From Candidatus Moraniibacteriota bacterium (lineage in GTDB: Bacteria > Patescibacteriota > Minisyncoccia > Moranbacterales > UBA1568), in the NCBI GenBank assembly GCA_013334575.1, contig JAAXXG010000001.1:208315-272314 (forward strand): a stretch of DNA of 64,000 bases, read 5' to 3'. Each line of letters begins with the position of its first letter. Position 1 is the stretch's first letter. The notes beneath the pieces are model-generated. The model worked only from the letters and a program-made list of their open reading frames with translations, had not been told where the DNA came from and did not search any database. A program made the position numbers and the translations under genes. Of this stretch, positions 38,297-48,669 are shown in pieces.

Positions 38297-39012
38297 AAGA
38301 CCTGAGTCTCACCCGTTGCCGCGTCATGACGGCTGAAGTCCATACCTCGTTCGAGCAGGTAGAGTATGAGTGCCTGTGTCGCAAGCGTCTCGAGAAGCCC
38401 CGGATCGTCGATGCGGTTCACGCGCTTCGGAAACGAGAGGAACGCCGTCCAATGCCCGACTATCTCGCGGGACCGCACCACTACGCACCCTCCCTCCTCA
38501 AACATCTTTTTTGAAGAGGCGAGCAGCGTTCCGATCGGAATCCTGATGCATGATTCACATTTCCCTACGCGGAGCTCCTTCTCGATCTCGCCCCGTTCGG
38601 AATCCACGATGCGCACCAAAAAAGATGGCGACTTGCACGCCGTAATCACCGACCGCTCGAACGCCCGGTATGCCCGCCTCGTTTCTCCCCGACGAAAACG
38701 GTCTGCCGTATCCGGAAGCGAGAGGATAAGACCCTTCAGAAGATCGATCTTCCGGTTCGCTTCCCCGATATACGAATACGAATCGGAAAGGTCCTTCGTA
38801 ATCTCGCTCTTTTCCCGCTGAAGATTGAGCTTTTCCCGAAGATGCCGAAGGAGCGATTTCTCCTTCACGAAGAACATGAAGAATCCGACCGAACCGAACA
38901 ACAGGACGAGAAGCGTCTCGGTCACCTCTTCCGAAACTCCGAAAAACGTCCCACGGACCGCCTCGGGCGTCAGAACGGCGAGCAGGAACAGAAAAAGATA
39001 CATCCAGTACAT
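38293..39012 (-). CDS. Hypothetical membrane protein
   Basis: Two N-terminal TM helices, coiled coil, SYSYIGEANRK; 4-bp overlap with the GT gene. Confidence 0.75.
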   Translation of the reverse strand: MYWMYLFLFLLAVLTPEAVRGTFFGVSEEVTETLLVLLFGSVGFFMFFVKEKSLLRHLREKLNLQREKSEITKDLSDSYSYIGEANRKIDLLKGLILSLPDTADRFRRGETRRAYRAFERSVITACKSPSFLVRIVDSERGEIEKELRVGKCESCIRIPIGTLLASSKKMFEEGGCVVVRSREIVGHWTAFLSFPKRVNRIDDPGLLETLATQALILYLLERGMDFSRHDAATGETQVL

Positions 39013-39018
39013 CCCCGT

Positions 39019-39903
39019 TCAGACGGACAGGCTCTTGAGGTATCCCCGAAGCTTCTCGCCGACTTCCGGATGCTTCAGGCCCAAGTGAATGGTCGCCTTG
39101 AGGAAATTGAACTTGTCACCCGTATCAAGCCACTCTCCCTCGAGCATATGCGCGTGAAGAGGCGACCCCTTCTCGAGCATGAGGTCGAAGGCGTCCGCAA
39201 GCCTGATCTCTCCGGACTTTCCAGACTCCATCCGTGCAAGAATATCGAACACTTCACGGGTAATGACGTACTTTCCCACCGCAACCGCGCGACTCGGTGC
39301 CTCTTCCGGCCTCGGTTTCTCGACCATCCTTGTCACGCGCATATCCAGGTCGGCGACCATGTCTCCGGCGACCACTCCGAACTTGGAAACCTCGTCAAGC
39401 GACACTTCCGCGGCGCCGATGACCGGCGTCCGATAGCGCTCGTACGTCTCGATGATCTGCCGCGCGGCCGGAATCTCGCTATCGTAGATACAGTCTCCGA
39501 AGAAAACCAGCACCGGTTCGTCATCATCGACAAGATGCGCCGCCTGCAAGAGCGCATGCCCGTCGCCGAGCGGCTTCGACTGGCGGACGTACGAGAACTT
39601 CGCGAGTCCCGAGATATGCTGAACCTGCTCCAGCAGGTCGTGCTTGTTCTTCTCGACGAGCGTATCCTCAAGCTCGTACGAAACGTCAAAGTGATCCTCG
39701 ATGGCGCGCTTCCCGCGGCCGGTCACGAAGATGATCTCCTGGATGCCGGAGGCGACCGCCTCTTCGGCAAGATATTGTACGACCGGCTTGTCGACGACCG
39801 GCAGCATCTCCTTCGGCTGCGCCTTGGTCGCCGGAAGGAACCGGGTCCCGAATCCCGCAACGAGAAACACCGCCTTCTTGATCTTCATGGGTTCCCTGCT
39901 CAT
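39019..39903 (-). CDS. galU: UTP-glucose-1-phosphate uridylyltransferase
   Basis: AGFGTRFLPATKAQPKEMLPVVDKP, KRAIEDHFD, RQ..PLGDGHA, EKP. Confidence 0.94.
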   Translation of the reverse strand: MSREPMKIKKAVFLVAGFGTRFLPATKAQPKEMLPVVDKPVVQYLAEEAVASGIQEIIFVTGRGKRAIEDHFDVSYELEDTLVEKNKHDLLEQVQHISGLAKFSYVRQSKPLGDGHALLQAAHLVDDDEPVLVFFGDCIYDSEIPAARQIIETYERYRTPVIGAAEVSLDEVSKFGVVAGDMVADLDMRVTRMVEKPRPEEAPSRAVAVGKYVITREVFDILARMESGKSGEIRLADAFDLMLEKGSPLHAHMLEGEWLDTGDKFNFLKATIHLGLKHPEVGEKLRGYLKSLSV

Positions 39904-39970
39904 ATCGAAACATCACTGCTTATGGGATATCGACAACAGTATAACACCCGGCGAACAGCCACGGAAACCG

Positions 39971-40768
39971 CTACTTCTGAAGGGAAACCAGCCGCTTGTA
40001 CTCGGCATCGAACTCCGAGATAGCGTCGTTCACGATCGGATGGAAACGACTCCCGAAACCCTTCTCCTTCACATACACGGACGCCTCGAGGAGCGAATCG
40101 TGCGTCCCCGCATCGAAATAGGCTCCGGAGATGCTTCGGACATCGAGTTCTCCGCGATCAAGATACGCGCGATGCATATCGACGATCTCGAGCTCTCCGC
40201 GTTCCGAACGCGACAGTCCCCGGGCGATTTCCGACGCACGACCGTCGTAGACGTAGATACCGGGAATAGCGAAGCGGCTTTTCGGGACAGACGGCTTCTC
40301 CTCGATCGAGAGAACCTTCCCGGTCCCGTTCTCGAATTCGACCACGCCGTACCGCTCCGGATCCGGAACCTCCTTCGCGAAGATCCGTCCCCCGCCCGTG
40401 AAACTTCCGATCGCATCGGTGAAATCGTCCTCGAATATGTTGTCACCGAGGATAAGTGTCGACGCCCCCCCGTCGAGAAAGTCCTCCCCGAGGATGAATG
40501 CCTCCGGCAATCCGCCTGGCCGCTTCTGGACGACGAAGGATATGTTTATCCCGCGACCCGAGAACATCGATCCGAGCAGGTTGAGATAGCTTCCGGAATA
40601 CTCCGGCGGAACGATGATAAGGATATCCCGGATCCCCGCCTTGATGAGCGTATTGAGCGGATAGAAAATCATCGGGCGATCGTAGACCGGCAGAAGCTGC
40701 TTCACGAGGACCGCCGTGAGCGGCAGGAGCCGCGTGCCGGTCCCGCCGGCAAGGATAATGCCTTTCAT
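39971..40768 (-). CDS. rfbA: Glucose-1-phosphate thymidylyltransferase
   Basis: MKGIILAGGTGTRL.PLT...KQLLPVYD, EEKP, RGELEI, DAGT.DSLLEA. Confidence 0.88.
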   Translation of the reverse strand: MKGIILAGGTGTRLLPLTAVLVKQLLPVYDRPMIFYPLNTLIKAGIRDILIIVPPEYSGSYLNLLGSMFSGRGINISFVVQKRPGGLPEAFILGEDFLDGGASTLILGDNIFEDDFTDAIGSFTGGGRIFAKEVPDPERYGVVEFENGTGKVLSIEEKPSVPKSRFAIPGIYVYDGRASEIARGLSRSERGELEIVDMHRAYLDRGELDVRSISGAYFDAGTHDSLLEASVYVKEKGFGSRFHPIVNDAISEFDAEYKRLVSLQK

Positions 40769-40815
40769 GAGTGTTGAGTTAGGAATCACAGATGGCCGAA
40801 GAGACGAAAAGACGC

Positions 40816-42060
40816 CTAACGGTAGATCGGAAATGCCTTGCAAAGCGCTTTCACCTCGCGACGGATCGCGGAAAGCTCGCGTTTCCTGCCTCCGCTCCGG
40901 AGCGCCCGGTCTATCCACAGGACGATCTGTCGCATCTCGGCCTCCTTCATGCCGCGGGTCGTCGCGGCCGGAACGCCGATGCGGACGCCGGAGGGATCCA
41001 TCGGGCCCCGCGGATCGTCCGGCAGCACGTTCTTGTTAAGCGTGATACCGGCAGCATCGAGCCATTCCTGCGCGTCACGACCGGACACGCCGCGACTCTT
41101 CACGGTATCGATGAGCAGCATATGGTTCTCGGTCGTCCCGAAGACGATCGAATAGCCGAGCGAGACGAACTCCGACTCCATCGCCTTGGCGTTCCGGAGG
41201 ATCTGCGCGGCATACTCGCGGAATTCCGGCCGAAGCGCCTCGCCGAACGCGACCGCCTTCGCGAGCACCATATGCATATGCGGACCGCCCTGCACGCCCG
41301 GGAAGACCGCCTTGTCGACCGCCCTCGCGAACGCCTCCTTGCAGAGGATAAGCCCGCCGCGCGGCCCGCGGAGCGTCTTATGCGTCGTCGCCGTCACGAT
41401 ATCGAAATGCGGGACCGGATTCGGAAGCGCCCCGCCGGCTATCATGCCGGCGATATGAGCCATATCCATCATCGTCACCGCGCCGACCTTGGCGGCGATC
41501 GCCGCGAACCGGGCATAGTCGATTTGCCTGGTATACGAGGAGAATCCCGCGAGCATGAGCCTCGGCTTCTCGGAGAGCGCGAGTGCCTCGAGTTTCTCGT
41601 AGTCGATCGCGCCATCGGCCTCGGTCTTGTAGCGCACGAACCGGTAGACTTTGGCCGGAAGCGTGACCGGATGTCCGTGGGTCAGATGGCCGCCGTGCGA
41701 AAGGTCCATGCCGAGGACCGTGTCACCGGGCGCAAGCACGGAGACGTACGCCGCGAGATTCGCCGCCGCGCCGGAAAGCGGCTGCACGTTGGCATGTTCC
41801 GCACCGAAGAGCTCTTTCGCCCGATCGATCGCGAGCGTCTCGATCACGTCGGTGAAGTCCTGCCCTCCATAGTATCGGTTCCCGGGATATCCTTCCGAAT
41901 ACTTGTTCGTGAAGACGGAACCGAGCGCGTCGAGCACCGCCGGTGAGACGGTGTTCTCCGAGGCGATGAGTTCGAGTCCCTCTTCCTCACGCTTCATCTC
42001 CCCCTTGAGTGCGGCGAAGGCCTGCGGATCGGATTCCCTGAGCGAACGATAGGCATTCAT
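40816..42060 (-). CDS. glyA: Serine hydroxymethyltransferase
   Basis: LIASEN, NKYSEGYPG.RYYGG, GGHLTHG, TTHKTLRGPRGG. Confidence 0.98.
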   Translation of the reverse strand: MNAYRSLRESDPQAFAALKGEMKREEEGLELIASENTVSPAVLDALGSVFTNKYSEGYPGNRYYGGQDFTDVIETLAIDRAKELFGAEHANVQPLSGAAANLAAYVSVLAPGDTVLGMDLSHGGHLTHGHPVTLPAKVYRFVRYKTEADGAIDYEKLEALALSEKPRLMLAGFSSYTRQIDYARFAAIAAKVGAVTMMDMAHIAGMIAGGALPNPVPHFDIVTATTHKTLRGPRGGLILCKEAFARAVDKAVFPGVQGGPHMHMVLAKAVAFGEALRPEFREYAAQILRNAKAMESEFVSLGYSIVFGTTENHMLLIDTVKSRGVSGRDAQEWLDAAGITLNKNVLPDDPRGPMDPSGVRIGVPAATTRGMKEAEMRQIVLWIDRALRSGGRKRELSAIRREVKALCKAFPIYR

Positions 42061-42087
42061 GGCGGTGTCGTTAGGATAAGGATTGAA

Positions 42088-43038
42088 TTAGTCGAGCGGA
42101 CAGGAGTGGACAGGCGCCATAGGCGGCACCGACCGGAGCGAGCGACGGAAGAAGTATCCGACGACCGCGACCGTCGAGAGCGGTGCGAACCATTCCGGGA
42201 TATGCGCTCCGAACGCGTGTCCGATCATGACCGCGCCGAGAATCGCGATCGAATACATCGCCCCGTTCTTGAGATAGAGATAGCGCTTCACCCGATCGAT
42301 GTTCGCCACCGTAAGCTGTCGCACCACGACCGCTCCGATACCGTTGCCGATCAGGATAAGCGGCACCGAGAGCGTGAACGCGAACGCGCCGAGCACGCCG
42401 TCGATCGAGAACGACAGGTCGATCACCTCGAGGAACAGAACCTTGGCGATATCCGAAAGGCCGGACGCGGAACCGGCCATCCGTTCCTCGACCGCCTCTG
42501 CGTGCTGCCGGAACCCGTGCGTGATGAAGAAGGCCGTCGAACCGACCACCGCGCCGAACCCGAGCATCGAGCTCTCCTTGAGCGCGAACCAGACGACGAC
42601 GGACAGGAGGATCGAGATCGTCGCATAGAACCACGCACCCTGCCGGATGAAGAAGGTTTCCACGCCGTTCCAGCCGAAGTTCTTCTGTTCCAGGAACAGC
42701 CAGTGGAAGAAGAGGAAGAGAAGGAATACGCCGCCGCCGATAAGCAGGATCGGCGCGCTCGCCTCGATCGCATGCGCCACCGACGGATCGTTCGAGAAGG
42801 TCGCCGTGAAGGAACCCAGGAATCCCAGCTCCGGAACCGTCGCCCACACGATGAGCCACGGAAGGAGTCCGCGGACCACGAAGACCGCGATGAAGATTCC
42901 CCAGGTCAGGAAGAAGCGCCGCGCCTTCTTCCCCATGGTCGAAAGCACCTCGGCATTGATGACCGCGTTGTCGATGCTCGAGACCGCCTCGAAGAGCGCG
43001 AGTCCGAAGACGGTCAGGAGCGAAGAAAGGAAAACCAT
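42088..43038 (-). CDS. DUF475/TerC-like membrane protein
   Basis: FEAVSSIDNAVINA, LEVIDLSFSIDGVLGAFA, YLKNGAMYSI. Confidence 0.88.
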   Translation of the reverse strand: MVFLSSLLTVFGLALFEAVSSIDNAVINAEVLSTMGKKARRFFLTWGIFIAVFVVRGLLPWLIVWATVPELGFLGSFTATFSNDPSVAHAIEASAPILLIGGGVFLLFLFFHWLFLEQKNFGWNGVETFFIRQGAWFYATISILLSVVVWFALKESSMLGFGAVVGSTAFFITHGFRQHAEAVEERMAGSASGLSDIAKVLFLEVIDLSFSIDGVLGAFAFTLSVPLILIGNGIGAVVVRQLTVANIDRVKRYLYLKNGAMYSIAILGAVMIGHAFGAHIPEWFAPLSTVAVVGYFFRRSLRSVPPMAPVHSCPLD

Positions 43039-43059
43039 ACCGGTATTGTATATTCTTCT

Positions 43060-43926
43060 TTAGCCGATCTTTCCGGAAAACGCCGCGAGCGCCTCGCGCA
43101 GACTCCGAAGCCGGGGCCGCTTCGTATTACGAAGCGTCGAATCCTTCGGCCGCCGAGCCGGGCGCGGAAACGCGTCACCGGAAACGGGAGTAACCGGCGT
43201 GTCGATTCCCGCGACGTCGAAATACGTCCGGAGCGCTCCGTACCAGGTCGCCGCCCCCTCGTTCACGAGATGATACGTCCCGAACGGCGCTTCGTCGGAA
43301 ACGAGTGAGAGCGTCGCGTCTGCGAGGTCCGGCGCATAGGTGAAGCAGCCGTTCTCGTCGTCCACCGCCGAGACCGTCCCCTTCTCGTGCGCGACCGTCG
43401 CCATCTTCGCGAAGAAACTTTCCTTGCCGCCCGCCGAGATCGCCGGCTTTCCGAAGAGCTTCGACAGCCGGATCACGTACGACTTCCCGCCGACTTCGGC
43501 GACCGACCGTTCCCCGCCCAATTTGCTCCTGCCGTAGACCGAAAGCGGATTCGGATCCGCATCCTCCGCATAGCCGCCGGTTTCCTGCTCCCCGTCGAAG
43601 ACATAATCCGTCGAATAGTGGACGAGTATCGCACCGAGCCCATTCGCGACCGCGGCAAGCTCTCCGGGAACCTCGGCATTGAGACGCCATGCCTTCTTCG
43701 CCTCCGCCTCATCCGATTCGCAGAGATCGACGGCGTTATACGCGACGGCGTTGAGAATGACATCCGGAGACAACATCAGGATCCTCTCCCGCGCCGCCAC
43801 GGTATCCGTCACATCGATATCGCCGAAGTCCCATCCGGTCACCGCATATCCTCCCTCTGCAAAGACACGGACCAGTTCCTGTCCGAGCATTCCCTTCGAA
43901 CCCAATATGAGGACTTTCTTTTCCAT
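43060..43926 (-). CDS. rfbD: dTDP-4-dehydrorhamnose reductase
   Basis: GSKGMLG, AYNAVD.CE, STDYVFDG, YGRSKL.GE, PARRP. Confidence 0.93.
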   Translation of the reverse strand: MEKKVLILGSKGMLGQELVRVFAEGGYAVTGWDFGDIDVTDTVAARERILMLSPDVILNAVAYNAVDLCESDEAEAKKAWRLNAEVPGELAAVANGLGAILVHYSTDYVFDGEQETGGYAEDADPNPLSVYGRSKLGGERSVAEVGGKSYVIRLSKLFGKPAISAGGKESFFAKMATVAHEKGTVSAVDDENGCFTYAPDLADATLSLVSDEAPFGTYHLVNEGAATWYGALRTYFDVAGIDTPVTPVSGDAFPRPARRPKDSTLRNTKRPRLRSLREALAAFSGKIG

Positions 43927-43941
43927 ACGTCGATTTCGGAT

Positions 43942-44493
43942 TCAGTGTTCATTCGCTCTTAACCATCGTTCATAGAAAGCGAGCGGGGAAAGAGAAAAAT
44001 TCGTCAGTTCGGATCCGAAAGAAAGGTTCCTCACTTCATCAAGCGAAACAGATTTCAGCCGAATATCCTCTGAACCATCCGGTGAGGCAACTCCCTCGCG
44101 GAGTCCTTGTGCTAAAAAGACAAAGGCTTCCTGGCCCATTATTCCAGCCTGCATGAAATACGCCCCAAGCAACTCCCATTTCTCCGCATCATATCCCGTC
44201 TCTTCACGAAGCTCCCTCTTCGCCGCCTCGAGGACTTCTTCGCCGACATCCGCCGCTCCGGCAGGAAATTCGTAGAGATACTTCCCGACTGGATACCGCG
44301 ATTGGCCAACGAGAACGATATTCCCCTCTAAATCGACCGGAATAATGACAACCGCCGGTGTCGGAAGGGAAACGACAAAATAGTCACCAGGCTTTCCGTC
44401 CGGACGGACAACGGAATCCTTCCGGACCGAAAACCACGGGTTCTCGTGCACTAATTCGGTATGTTTTGTTATCCACTCGAAGGGTTCATCCAT
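43942..44493 (-). CDS. NUDIX hydrolase
   Basis: EFPAG.....E.VLEAAKRELREETG Nudix box; start set at ATG 44493; lower GC than neighbours. Confidence 0.88.
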   Translation of the reverse strand: MDEPFEWITKHTELVHENPWFSVRKDSVVRPDGKPGDYFVVSLPTPAVVIIPVDLEGNIVLVGQSRYPVGKYLYEFPAGAADVGEEVLEAAKRELREETGYDAEKWELLGAYFMQAGIMGQEAFVFLAQGLREGVASPDGSEDIRLKSVSLDEVRNLSFGSELTNFSLSPLAFYERWLRANEH

Positions 44494-44531
44494 ATTCGGA
44501 AGATCATTCGGATCATACACCGGGCCGTTCT

Positions 44532-45533
44532 CTATTTCCCGTACTGCCTCCCGTAGTACTCGCGGTACGCGCCGCTCTTCACCGACTTCCACCAATCCTC
44601 GTGCGTCCGGAACCATTCTACGGTATCCCGGAGCCCCTCCTCGAGCGTGACCGACGGCTCCCAGCCGAGCTCGGTCCTGATCTTCGAGAAGTCGATCGCG
44701 TAGCGGCGGTCGTGCCCGGGACGGTCCTTCACGTATTCTATCGCGCCCTCGTCCCGCCCCACATGGGAAAGCAGTGTCCGGACGATCTCGATGTTCTCGC
44801 GTTCTCCGTTCCCGCCGACGCAGTAGGTTTCGCCGATCCGACCCCTGCGCAGCACGAGGTCGACCGCGCGGCAGTGATCCTCCACATGGAGCCAGTCACG
44901 GACCTGCTTCCCGTCGCCATAGACCGGAACCTTCTTGCCTTCAAGCAGGTTCGTGATCGCAAGCGGAATGAGCTTCTCGGGAAAATGATACGGTCCGTAA
45001 TTGTTCGAGCAGTTCGTGATCGTGACCGGCAGGCCGAACGTATGGAAGTACGCACGGACCAGATGATCCGACCCCGCCTTGGACGCGCTGTAGGGGCTCC
45101 GCGGATCGTACGGCGTCGTCTCGGAGAACGGCACATCGTCGGGCCCGAGCGCGCCGAACACTTCATCGGTCGAAACATGATGGAAGCGCCTCCCGTGCTC
45201 ACGTGCCGCATCGAGGAGCACCTGCGTCCCGAGGACGTTCGTCCGCACGAACGCCGAGGGCTCCATGATCGAACGGTCCACGTGCGACTCCGCCGCAAAA
45301 TGCACGACCGCGTCACATTCCGCGACAAGCGGCTTCACGGCCTCCGGATCGGCAATGTCTCCCTTTACGAACCGGAATCGCGGATTTCCTTCGGCTTCCC
45401 TCAGGTTCTCCAGATTCCCGGCATACGTCAGCAGGTCGAACACCACGACCTCGTCCTCGGGATGTTCCCGCAGGACATGATGCACGAAATTCGATCCGAT
45501 GAATCCGGCTCCGCCGGTGACAAGCAGTTTCAT
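44532..45533 (-). CDS. rfbB: dTDP-glucose 4,6-dehydratase
   Basis: [42 protein letters not shown]. Confidence 0.96.
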   Translation of the reverse strand: MKLLVTGGAGFIGSNFVHHVLREHPEDEVVVFDLLTYAGNLENLREAEGNPRFRFVKGDIADPEAVKPLVAECDAVVHFAAESHVDRSIMEPSAFVRTNVLGTQVLLDAAREHGRRFHHVSTDEVFGALGPDDVPFSETTPYDPRSPYSASKAGSDHLVRAYFHTFGLPVTITNCSNNYGPYHFPEKLIPLAITNLLEGKKVPVYGDGKQVRDWLHVEDHCRAVDLVLRRGRIGETYCVGGNGERENIEIVRTLLSHVGRDEGAIEYVKDRPGHDRRYAIDFSKIRTELGWEPSVTLEEGLRDTVEWFRTHEDWWKSVKSGAYREYYGRQYGK

Positions 45534-45769
45534 ATGGCTCCAATGGATAACTAACCCGCGGCATCTTCGTGCGCTGACCCGCTCTCGAAGACGAGTGGGC
45601 AACTTACAATAGCTCAGGATCGGTCCTTTCAGGACTTTTCATTCACTCACAGTATACATGACACGCATATCATATTAAAGAAGACAGGAAAACGTATGAA
45701 AGATACGAAAGAGAAAAGAGAGAGTCAGAAAGCACATTCCACCTTATTATATTACCCCTTTTCGCGGTA

Positions 45770-45798
45770 TTGACATTATTATTTTTTTGATATATAAT
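45770..45798 (+). promoter_or_regulatory. Consensus promoter of cassette A
   Basis: TTGACA-17-TATAAT. Confidence 0.8.
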
Positions 45799-45842
45799 AT
45801 TCATAATAATTTCTAGTAACAACAAACGAAAAAACAGCGATC

Positions 45843-46091
45843 ATGAAACAGCTCGTTTCCATTCTTTCAATTCTCTTCCTGGTCGGCTGCAGCCAAAACC
45901 AGGAAAGCAAGTACTCCCGTGGAGAAACGGCGGTTGACACGACCGTGGCGGCCTCAAACCAACACGGCTCTACCTCCGCTTCGGTACGGGCAAAAGCGCC
46001 AGAGGGATATCATATCGACTACAAGATCGAAGTGGAGAGTGGGCCGGGATATTCCAGCTCCTCTTCGGAGGTATTCATACGGAGCAAATAG
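45843..46091 (+). CDS. Small putative lipoprotein (cassette A)
   Basis: MKQLVSILSILFLVG-C lipobox; 82 aa. Confidence 0.75.
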   Translation: MKQLVSILSILFLVGCSQNQESKYSRGETAVDTTVAASNQHGSTSASVRAKAPEGYHIDYKIEVESGPGYSSSSSEVFIRSK

Positions 46092-46119
46092 CTGTCCGTG
46101 TACGGCATCAAGATTAAAC

Positions 46120-46153
46120 AGCACTCGATTCATCCGAATACGAGTGCTCTTTT

Positions 46154-46155
<2 letters not shown>
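46120..46155 (+). terminator. Terminator of cassette A
   Basis: AGCACTCG...CGAGTGCT followed by T-run. Confidence 0.75.
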
Positions 46156-46701
<546 letters not shown>

Positions 46702-46775
46702 TCAATCATATTCCGAAGAATCGCCCGTTTAAAATCATTATTTTCCCTTATTTACGATAATATTACCGCCTACTA

Positions 46776-46804
46776 TTGACAAAAGCTTAAAAATGGAGTA
46801 TCAT
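46776..46804 (+). promoter_or_regulatory. Promoter of cassette B
   Basis: TTGACA-17-TATCAT. Confidence 0.75.
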
Positions 46805-46847
46805 AGAAAGTTGATTTGAATATTACTAACAAAAATAGAAGCCATCA

Positions 46848-47003
46848 ATGTACTATAACATCGAAGTTACCGGCTCGAAGGTCGCGATGTATGTGCTGAC
46901 CTTCATTATGCTCATCGGCAGTTTCGCCGTCGGGCCAAAAATTATCCCGGAGACGGTCTACTATGCGACCGCTCCGGAAATCGTCGTCACGGCCACCAAA
47001 TAG
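46848..47003 (+). CDS. 51-aa single-TM protein (cassette B; not in ORF track)
   Basis: MYYNIEVTGSKVAMYVLTFIMLIGSFAVGPKIIPETVYYATAPEIVVTATK*; between promoter and terminator. Confidence 0.7.
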   Translation: MYYNIEVTGSKVAMYVLTFIMLIGSFAVGPKIIPETVYYATAPEIVVTATK

Positions 47004-47023
47004 CCGTGCGACGGCAAAAAGTT

Positions 47024-47062
47024 TCGGTCTCACGCGCCCCCATGCGTGCGGCCGATTTTTTT
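47024..47062 (+). terminator. Terminator of cassette B
   Basis: TCGGTCTCACGC...GCGTGCGGCCGA followed by T-run. Confidence 0.7.
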
Positions 47063-47140
47063 ATTTCCCGAACTTCAGCTCCTCCCAACAGGCCGGGTCG
47101 GATTCAAGCGCGGCGAGCGTCGGATGGTTCCGGTCCTTAT
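47061..47140 (-). pseudogene. Second rfbC 3' fragment
   Basis: KDRNHPTLAALESDPACWEELKFGK*; nearly identical in DNA to 48676-48746. Confidence 0.88.
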
Positions 47141-47946
47141 TCAGACTCTGCTTCGATGTTCTCTTCCGAGATCGTAACGACCTCACACTGACCGATCGGC
47201 ATGTTGTACTCCCCCGTTTCGGCATCGAATTTCATTCCGGAAAGCGCCATCTTCGATACGATCCGTCCGACAATCTCAGGATCCCTCAAGGCACCCTCTT
47301 GAATGATCTGCGCAGTACGTTTCCTTACGGCACCGCTTCCATGCTCCAAGATGTCCTTGTGCATCCGTGTATCACAAGATCCCGGTATGACCGAAAAAAT
47401 AGCGATTCCTTCATTCTCAGGTCGTTCGGAAAATTCTTGCAGCCATTCTTCTATCCGTTTCTTGGAAACTCCATACGATTCCACCCCTTCAATATTCTTT
47501 GCGGACGAGGACAAAAAGACAACTCGCCCATGAGTTCTTCTCAAAGCCTCTGACGCCTCTCGCGTCATGGCAACCTGCGCCACCTGGTTAACCTTGAACG
47601 TATAATCCAGGCCTTCTGTTATACCTGTCACTGCTGCGTTTAAAATAAGCACGTCGAGACCTTCAAGCTCATCGATACTTTCACGTACGAACCCTGACGC
47701 CGCACGGCGATCCGAGAGATCAACCTGACGAGCGATAACATCTTCGTGCTCGCCAGAAAATTCGACCAGCTTATCTTTGGTCCTCGCACAAATAGCCATC
47801 TCATGTCCATCCGAAGACAATTCCTCGGAAATCGCCCGGCCAATTCCTTCCGTTCCGCCAGTAATGATAATTCGCTTCCGCTCGATTTCATTCGTCACAC
47901 GATTGGGTGCGTACTTTTCTGCAAGGTTCCCGAACATACGCGTCAA
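47137..47946 (-). CDS. SDR family oxidoreductase
   Basis: TGGTEGIG, LILNAA, FLSS, YGVSK, PG..DT.M; lower GC. Confidence 0.88.
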   Translation of the reverse strand: MTRMFGNLAEKYAPNRVTNEIERKRIIITGGTEGIGRAISEELSSDGHEMAICARTKDKLVEFSGEHEDVIARQVDLSDRRAASGFVRESIDELEGLDVLILNAAVTGITEGLDYTFKVNQVAQVAMTREASEALRRTHGRVVFLSSSAKNIEGVESYGVSKKRIEEWLQEFSERPENEGIAIFSVIPGSCDTRMHKDILEHGSGAVRKRTAQIIQEGALRDPEIVGRIVSKMALSGMKFDAETGEYNMPIGQCEVVTISEENIEAESE

Positions 47947-48127
47947 TTACATTCCCTTATATTCAGTATACACGAGTGATAAATCGACGTGAAACACGAG
48001 TTCGGAAGATAGCGTCCATGTCGATCCAAATCGGAACATCCCGACAATGCATGACTTTCTTCCTGCTAATAGCATTCCGGAAAACCTCAATATTCGGCTC
48101 TGTTAAAGGACTTTACGGTTTGGAACA

Positions 48128-48156
48128 TTGACATGGATTATAAATTAAACCATAAT
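48128..48156 (+). promoter_or_regulatory. Promoter of cassette C
   Basis: TTGACA-17-CATAAT. Confidence 0.75.
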
Positions 48157-48206
48157 GCATAGTCAGTATCAGACGATTGACCGCTTAACAACCAAACCGC
48201 AAAACA

Positions 48207-48596
48207 ATGAAACACTCACCGTTCGCCCTGTCCAAGGCTTATGCCGCCGCAATTATCATGTTCATCTACCTGTTCATCCACCAGGGACCTGTCCACGCCG
48301 AAAGCATCGCGGGTATCAAGCCCAAGGTTTCGATCACCGCGGCATACAACCACTATGGGTTCGAGCCGATTCTGCACGTCGACTATCCAGGGCCATATGA
48401 GGTAAGTACCAGGGAGCTCAATTCAAATGTTGAAATCCGGTACATATGTAACGGGCCGACTGACATAAAGTTATTCTCGCCGGGAGATTTCACTTTTATC
48501 AAGGTGTACGCGCCGGACAAGAATCATAAGGAGACCCTGATCCTGAAGGGGAAAATCAGGAACGATGGTAACAAGACCGTCACGTTCGAGCGATGA
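48207..48596 (+). CDS. Small putative secreted protein (cassette C)
   Basis: Signal-like N-terminus ending VHA-E; beta-rich mature part; 129 aa. Confidence 0.7.
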   Translation: MKHSPFALSKAYAAAIIMFIYLFIHQGPVHAESIAGIKPKVSITAAYNHYGFEPILHVDYPGPYEVSTRELNSNVEIRYICNGPTDIKLFSPGDFTFIKVYAPDKNHKETLILKGKIRNDGNKTVTFER

Positions 48597-48618
48597 TTCC
48601 TACCTCGCAACACACAAT

Positions 48619-48652
48619 AAGCGCTCCAATTCCAAACGGAGCGCTTCTTTAT
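48619..48652 (+). terminator. Terminator of cassette C
   Basis: AAGCGCTCC...GGAGCGCTT followed by T-rich tail. Confidence 0.75.
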
Positions 48653-48669
48653 TTCCTTGATCGGACGTT

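Noticed and set aside
45545-45660. Hammerhead-like hairpins upstream of rfbB (GTCC-tgaaa-GGAC)
   Set aside because: The conserved CUGANGA/GAAA core arrangement is absent; only short stems.
48595-48610. gattcctacctc resembling the tRNA-Gln 3' end as an att site
   Set aside because: Only about 12 nt with a mismatch, 37 kb from the tRNA; compatible with chance.
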